64,000 bases of DNA. Source: an uncultured Desulfuromonas sp. Its GTDB lineage: Bacteria; Desulfobacterota; Desulfuromonadia; Desulfuromonadales; Desulfuromonadaceae. Positions within the stretch are counted from its first letter, which is position 1. Every line of letters begins with the position of its first letter. The notes below the pieces were generated by a model, which had not been told where the DNA came from, did not search any database, and worked only from the letters and a program-made list of their open reading frames with translations. This document shows, piece by piece, positions 60,428 to 64,000 of the stretch. A program made the position numbers and the translations under genes. Where the stretch lies: assembly GCA_964411865.1 (NCBI GenBank), contig CAYPNO010000001.1:13197-77196 (forward strand), written 5' to 3'.

Positions 60428-62010
60428 ACCAATTTTTGCTCTTCCATTTCCCCAGGCTCAGTTCCTATTGAATCTGCAGCAATATACTGGCCTACCGGGG
60501 TGGTTTTAGTCCAGTATCTGTTCCCCACGCTATCCTGCACATAGAGTTGACAAAAAAGTTCCTGCTCTTGCGCTACTTTCTGTGGCAGGACGATCTTGGC
60601 TGGCAGTGTTGTACCAGAAATTTTGTACAGCTCATTGTCATTACTGTCAGTTATATACACTTTCCACGCACGAGATTCCGCAGCGGGGTTTTTGTCGCGC
60701 AACAGGAGCGCGGTTTTCCCCTCCTTATGCACTTTGTCCAGCGTCGCTAGCTCTTCCTGCGCTTGGTGTAGATATACTTCGGTGCTTGCAGTTGTGGCGA
60801 ATCCCGCCACATCCTGGATATGAAGGTTTACCGTGTAGACACCTGATGGGAGTGGATACCTACGCGCGTCGATACCAGCCCAGTTTAGGGCTGCCGGCAG
60901 ATCACCGCTGCGCTGCTGGGATAAAACCTGGTTTTTCCTACTATCGAGAACCTCAAATGTCCATGTATCAACGGGGCGCTTGTTCTGCATGCGGGGACGC
61001 AGAGTCAGGCGACGACTAAACACCGGCGCACTGTGGGCGGCATCAGCTACAGCTGAAGATTCCAACTCCAAATGCACCGCCTCGCTTACCGCCTCTATCT
61101 GAGTCACTGTGGTCAAAGTCAGCGCAGATTCAACCACAGTGTGTTTCAGACGAACAGGGTAAACACCTGGCGTGATGGGAGCTTCAAGCTGGGCTACATA
61201 GATATCTCTCAGTTCACCATTCTCAGAACTGGGATGCAGGTCAAAATTCCTCCCCCCAAGTTCAAGAGTAAACGCACTAATATCGGCAACTTCGGTGCGG
61301 ATTTTTATCCGGCATCTAATACTGCCTCCACAGCGCACCAGGGTCTGGGAACAGTCAATCACCTCGACGGCATAGTTTGGATTCATCGTAATGGTGCCAG
61401 GGGTGAAGCCATCAGGGGAGATCCGCCCAAGCGAGTCGACCAGATCCTTTGTGGCCTGCCGCAGCAGACCTTCCAAATCCATATCTTGCTGTAATCCCAG
61501 GAGGGCAATCTGGCCAGCAGCGGAATAGGTGTGTGCTTCACCCCACACCGGAGTGCCGCTGGCGGCATGGTACAGTTGGAGTAAAAGCCCCAGCGTTGGG
61601 GTATTTCCCCCAGTCGATTCGACAATGCTGACACTCAAAAGATTGGTGCAACCTAAACGTATACCCAGTTGGCGACAGGCGAAACGGTCGACTTCACCCA
61701 GATCGCGCAGGCGTAACGCTCGAACTTCCTCCATAACCCGCTCGGGCTCAACCAGATCAAATCCGCTGGAAAGAAGGGCCGCATGCAATGTGCGCTGCAG
61801 TGCTTGATCCCAAGAGGACACCCCCGCACTGAGATCTGCGACCGGCAACAGCGCAATTACCGGGCGTGATTCCTGAGCGTGCCCGACTCCGGGAACGCTC
61901 AGAAACAGCGCTGCAACCCATATACAGATGCACAGTCTTATATATGTGCTGGGAATAACAGCTGCCAAGGCAATTCTCCTCAATGTGCGATGTCCCGTTT
62001 TCAGCTTCAC
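60409..62010 (-). CDS. Secreted protein with N-terminal CsgG-N/LpoB-like module and C-terminal Ig-like beta-rich region
   Basis: Signal ...LFLSVPGVGHA, then VIALLPVADLSAG. The C-terminal region of about 330 aa is beta-rich (e.g. TWTFEVLDSRKNQVL...SGVYTVNLHIQD). GTG start with a weak RBS, so the start is uncertain. Confidence 0.6.
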   Translation of the reverse strand: MKLKTGHRTLRRIALAAVIPSTYIRLCICIWVAALFLSVPGVGHAQESRPVIALLPVADLSAGVSSWDQALQRTLHAALLSSGFDLVEPERVMEEVRALRLRDLGEVDRFACRQLGIRLGCTNLLSVSIVESTGGNTPTLGLLLQLYHAASGTPVWGEAHTYSAAGQIALLGLQQDMDLEGLLRQATKDLVDSLGRISPDGFTPGTITMNPNYAVEVIDCSQTLVRCGGSIRCRIKIRTEVADISAFTLELGGRNFDLHPSSENGELRDIYVAQLEAPITPGVYPVRLKHTVVESALTLTTVTQIEAVSEAVHLELESSAVADAAHSAPVFSRRLTLRPRMQNKRPVDTWTFEVLDSRKNQVLSQQRSGDLPAALNWAGIDARRYPLPSGVYTVNLHIQDVAGFATTASTEVYLHQAQEELATLDKVHKEGKTALLLRDKNPAAESRAWKVYITDSNDNELYKISGTTLPAKIVLPQKVAQEQELFCQLYVQDSVGNRYWTKTTPVGQYIAADSIGTEPGEMEEQKLVWNSGF

Positions 62011-62035
62011 CTTTTAACCCCTGGTTTTAGCCTTT

Positions 62036-62617
62036 TCAGTACGTCAGGGTAAGAAGTATATCTTCTATCAATTGTCTAGCCACCTGATGCAAATTATCGC
62101 TTTCAAGTCCGAAAATGCGGTCTTTGGTGCTGTAACCGGAGCCAACGTGGCTCGCTTGCCACAAGATTTTTCCGCTGTTAATTTCTACCAGGCGCAGGGT
62201 CAGCGCAACCACTGGATAGGAATAACTTCCGTTGCGTTCAAGACTGTATGCTTCAACCGAGCCGGCCAGATATGCCTGGACGCCAAACTCACGCCCTAAC
62301 CTACGCGCTGTTGCCTGTGGGATGGAGGTCTTATCTTCCCCTACAATTTCGTCATTAAGAAAACGGCGCAGGTCCCCTTTTTCCAGAACCTCAAAAAATC
62401 CCATGCTCATCACTTGGGTACTCAGCAGATCACGCACCTGCTTTTCTACAAAGCGCTCCGCCGTATTATTTTCAAAGGGAAGCACAGCAACCCTTTTCAC
62501 AAAGCCGGTCGCAAGTGCTGGATCGGTGTGATAGCTTGGAACCGCTGCACACCCCGCTAAAAACATCAGCATAATTATTGTCAGAACCACCCGCACTTTA
62601 TGCCCATCACTCAACAT
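62036..62617 (-). CDS. Lipoprotein, CsgG-N/LpoB-fold-like
   Basis: Lipobox MFLAGC. Motif order RVAVLPFENNTAE / GFFEVLEKGDLRRFLNDE / AYLAGSVEAYS / VALTLRLVEINSGKILW parallels the periplasmic domain of E. coli CsgG as I recall it. At 193 aa it is too short to contain the CsgG pore hairpins. Confidence 0.65.
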   Translation of the reverse strand: MLSDGHKVRVVLTIIMLMFLAGCAAVPSYHTDPALATGFVKRVAVLPFENNTAERFVEKQVRDLLSTQVMSMGFFEVLEKGDLRRFLNDEIVGEDKTSIPQATARRLGREFGVQAYLAGSVEAYSLERNGSYSYPVVALTLRLVEINSGKILWQASHVGSGYSTKDRIFGLESDNLHQVARQLIEDILLTLTY

Positions 62618-62728
62618 GGTTTTATATCGCCTTTCACGCTTCGCCAGCCCGCATCCGGTACTGGTTCTGCAATAAACATACCTTCAAATAAGTCCTGCAT
62701 CTTCTGTTCGGGATTAGGTAAAGGCACT

Positions 62729-64000
62729 CTAGAAATTGTAACTGGCGTTGGCAGAGTAACTCCACTGGGCCAGATCAGCTGTTGCATACTGCACGCTCTG
62801 GCGCAGACTGAACCGTTGGGTCATTAACCAGATTAACGAGGCTGAATAATTCTGGGTTACGTCATCCTCAAACGTATATGCGGCGGTGGCATTGAACTGC
62901 AGGTCACTGCTAAGGCGCAGTGAAACGCTGGTACTTGCACTCACACTGTCGTCATCACCAGCATAACTAATGCTGGTATTGCTCTGCAGGGTATCAGAGG
63001 GTCGATAGTTAAGATTTAAACCGCCATCGTAAGTAGACGAATTTCCACCTTCGCGTATCGACTCGGTAGAGGTTGAGCCGTAATTTACATACATGGTAAG
63101 ACGTAGACTGGGGCGTAACTGGGTGCTGGTATCTAAGGTCCAGGAGGATGTTGTAGTTTCGCTGTTGTTGAGCATATCTTCGTTTTGAGACCAGCTCCCG
63201 TTCAGACTGGCAGACCAGTCAGGTAAAAGTTGTGCTACAAGACTGGAACTAACGGTATAGGTCCGGTTCTGCAGATCGGAGTCGAGCAGATTTTCACTGC
63301 AGTTAAAACTAAGAGCCGTGGCCAGAGTACTGAGAGGATCCCATTGTGCCGACAGGGTCCAGTTGCGCCCAGTCTCGGTTTCCTGTTTTTCTACCATGGT
63401 TTCATTTTCACTGTAGAGCGCCTGAAAAGAGAGGACTGCGACAGGATGCCATTGAATACCGTAGGTTTGCTGAACTTCTTCAGTTTCTGCCCCCTCCCCG
63501 GGCTCACTCAAATCATATCCATAACTGGCGGTTACAATCCAAGCCTCAAAAGGACGCAGATGCGCATTGGTCTGATATTTATAACGCTTAAAGGTATTGG
63601 TGGTTTTGATTTCATCCCCATCTGCGATAACAGCCCGACTCCAGATGCATTCACTTATCTGCACTGGGTCCCACACTCCCGCCGGTTCATGCAGGACAAT
63701 CTTTACGTAAGGCGCCTTAAGGGGTTGGGCCAGCTCCAATATGAAGCTCCAGCGCTCAAACACCGCATTTTCCTCCCAGCGTCGAGTTGCTCCCACCGAA
63801 CTCTTTGTCCAGTCGCGGTTGTTGTTACTTGTATAGACGCTGGCCTGAAGCTGAGAGCGAAAGAAGGGATCGGGATCCCCCATAAAAACCACTTCAATCT
63901 GATCGATGTCCTGACTATTAAGCCGCGCCGCGATGCTCAAATCCTCATCTTCAGATTCGCTCCACACCTGAGCAGGCACATCTTCGCGACCATCTCCGAG
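62729..64000 (-). CDS. Outer-membrane beta-barrel protein (N-terminus beyond the window)
   Basis: The frame is open to base 64000 (LGDGRED upstream of the track's GTG). The C-terminal roughly 260 aa show alternating hydrophobic/polar strands rich in S/T/N/Y and end in ...WSYSANASYNF, a terminal aromatic that fits an OMP beta-signal. The N-terminal part is a separate soluble-looking domain. Confidence 0.65.
   Translation of the reverse strand, partial: LGDGREDVPAQVWSESEDEDLSIAARLNSQDIDQIEVVFMGDPDPFFRSQLQASVYTSNNNRDWTKSSVGATRRWEENAVFERWSFILELAQPLKAPYVKIVLHEPAGVWDPVQISECIWSRAVIADGDEIKTTNTFKRYKYQTNAHLRPFEAWIVTASYGYDLSEPGEGAETEEVQQTYGIQWHPVAVLSFQALYSENETMVEKQETETGRNWTLSAQWDPLSTLATALSFNCSENLLDSDLQNRTYTVSSSLVAQLLPDWSASLNGSWSQNEDMLNNSETTTSSWTLDTSTQLRPSLRLTMYVNYGSTSTESIREGGNSSTYDGGLNLNYRPSDTLQSNTSISYAGDDDSVSASTSVSLRLSSDLQFNATAAYTFEDDVTQNYSASLIWLMTQRFSLRQSVQYATADLAQWSYSANASYNF

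Noticed and set aside
1-64000. CRISPR arrays, rRNA genes, prophage or defence-system genes
   Set aside because: I scanned the intergenic regions and saw no short regularly spaced repeats, no rRNA-like sequence, and no integrase, nuclease or phage structural ORFs. The only large repeat is the MCP cassette.

Overview
The gene content suggests a chromosomal segment from a Desulfuromonadales/Geobacter-like bacterium; this taxonomic call is an inference and was not searched.

Layout, left to right:
- 1-1.5 kb: the 5' end of purL and an MBL-fold hydrolase, both on the minus strand.
- 1.9-5.7 kb: the conserved gap-pgk-tpiA-secG-tRNA-Leu(GAG) block with a clear terminator.
- About 6.1-6.6 kb: a frameshifted IS200/IS605 tnpA remnant.
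- 7.2-25.2 kb: a plus-strand alternative chemosensory cluster. Its order is STAS, CheA-REC, three MCPs, CheW, CheB, CheR, REC-PP2C phosphatase, RsbW-like kinase, a small protein, HDOD, a hybrid HK-Hpt and a CheY-like RR. Two adjacent MCPs share a 928-bp identical HAMP-plus-signalling module.
- 25.5-27.0 kb: a long (class II) ilvC.
- 27.1-38.7 kb: a minus-strand complex-I-like nuo operon. It has no nuoE/F/G and carries four antiporter-like subunits plus an 82-aa membrane protein.
- 39.4-42.7 kb: an aminotransferase and transketolase.
- 42.9-46.4 kb: a CHASE4-type sensor kinase and a PAS-GGDEF protein.
- 46.6 kb to the window end: a minus-strand extracellular-electron-transfer locus.

The electron-transfer locus is the most interesting part. 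It encodes two OmcS-family hexahaem cytochromes, which are candidate nanowire subunits, and four further multihaem cytochromes with 5, 7(+1), 16 and 26 CxxCH motifs. It also encodes two beta-propeller proteins, a SurA-like chaperone, three CsgG/LpoB-fold lipoproteins and an outer-membrane beta-barrel that is cut by the window edge. The genes are tightly packed and look like a dedicated cytochrome-filament export and assembly apparatus.

No CRISPR array, rRNA or intact mobile element was seen. All homology statements come from reading motifs in the translations and from memory of the families. No database search was run.
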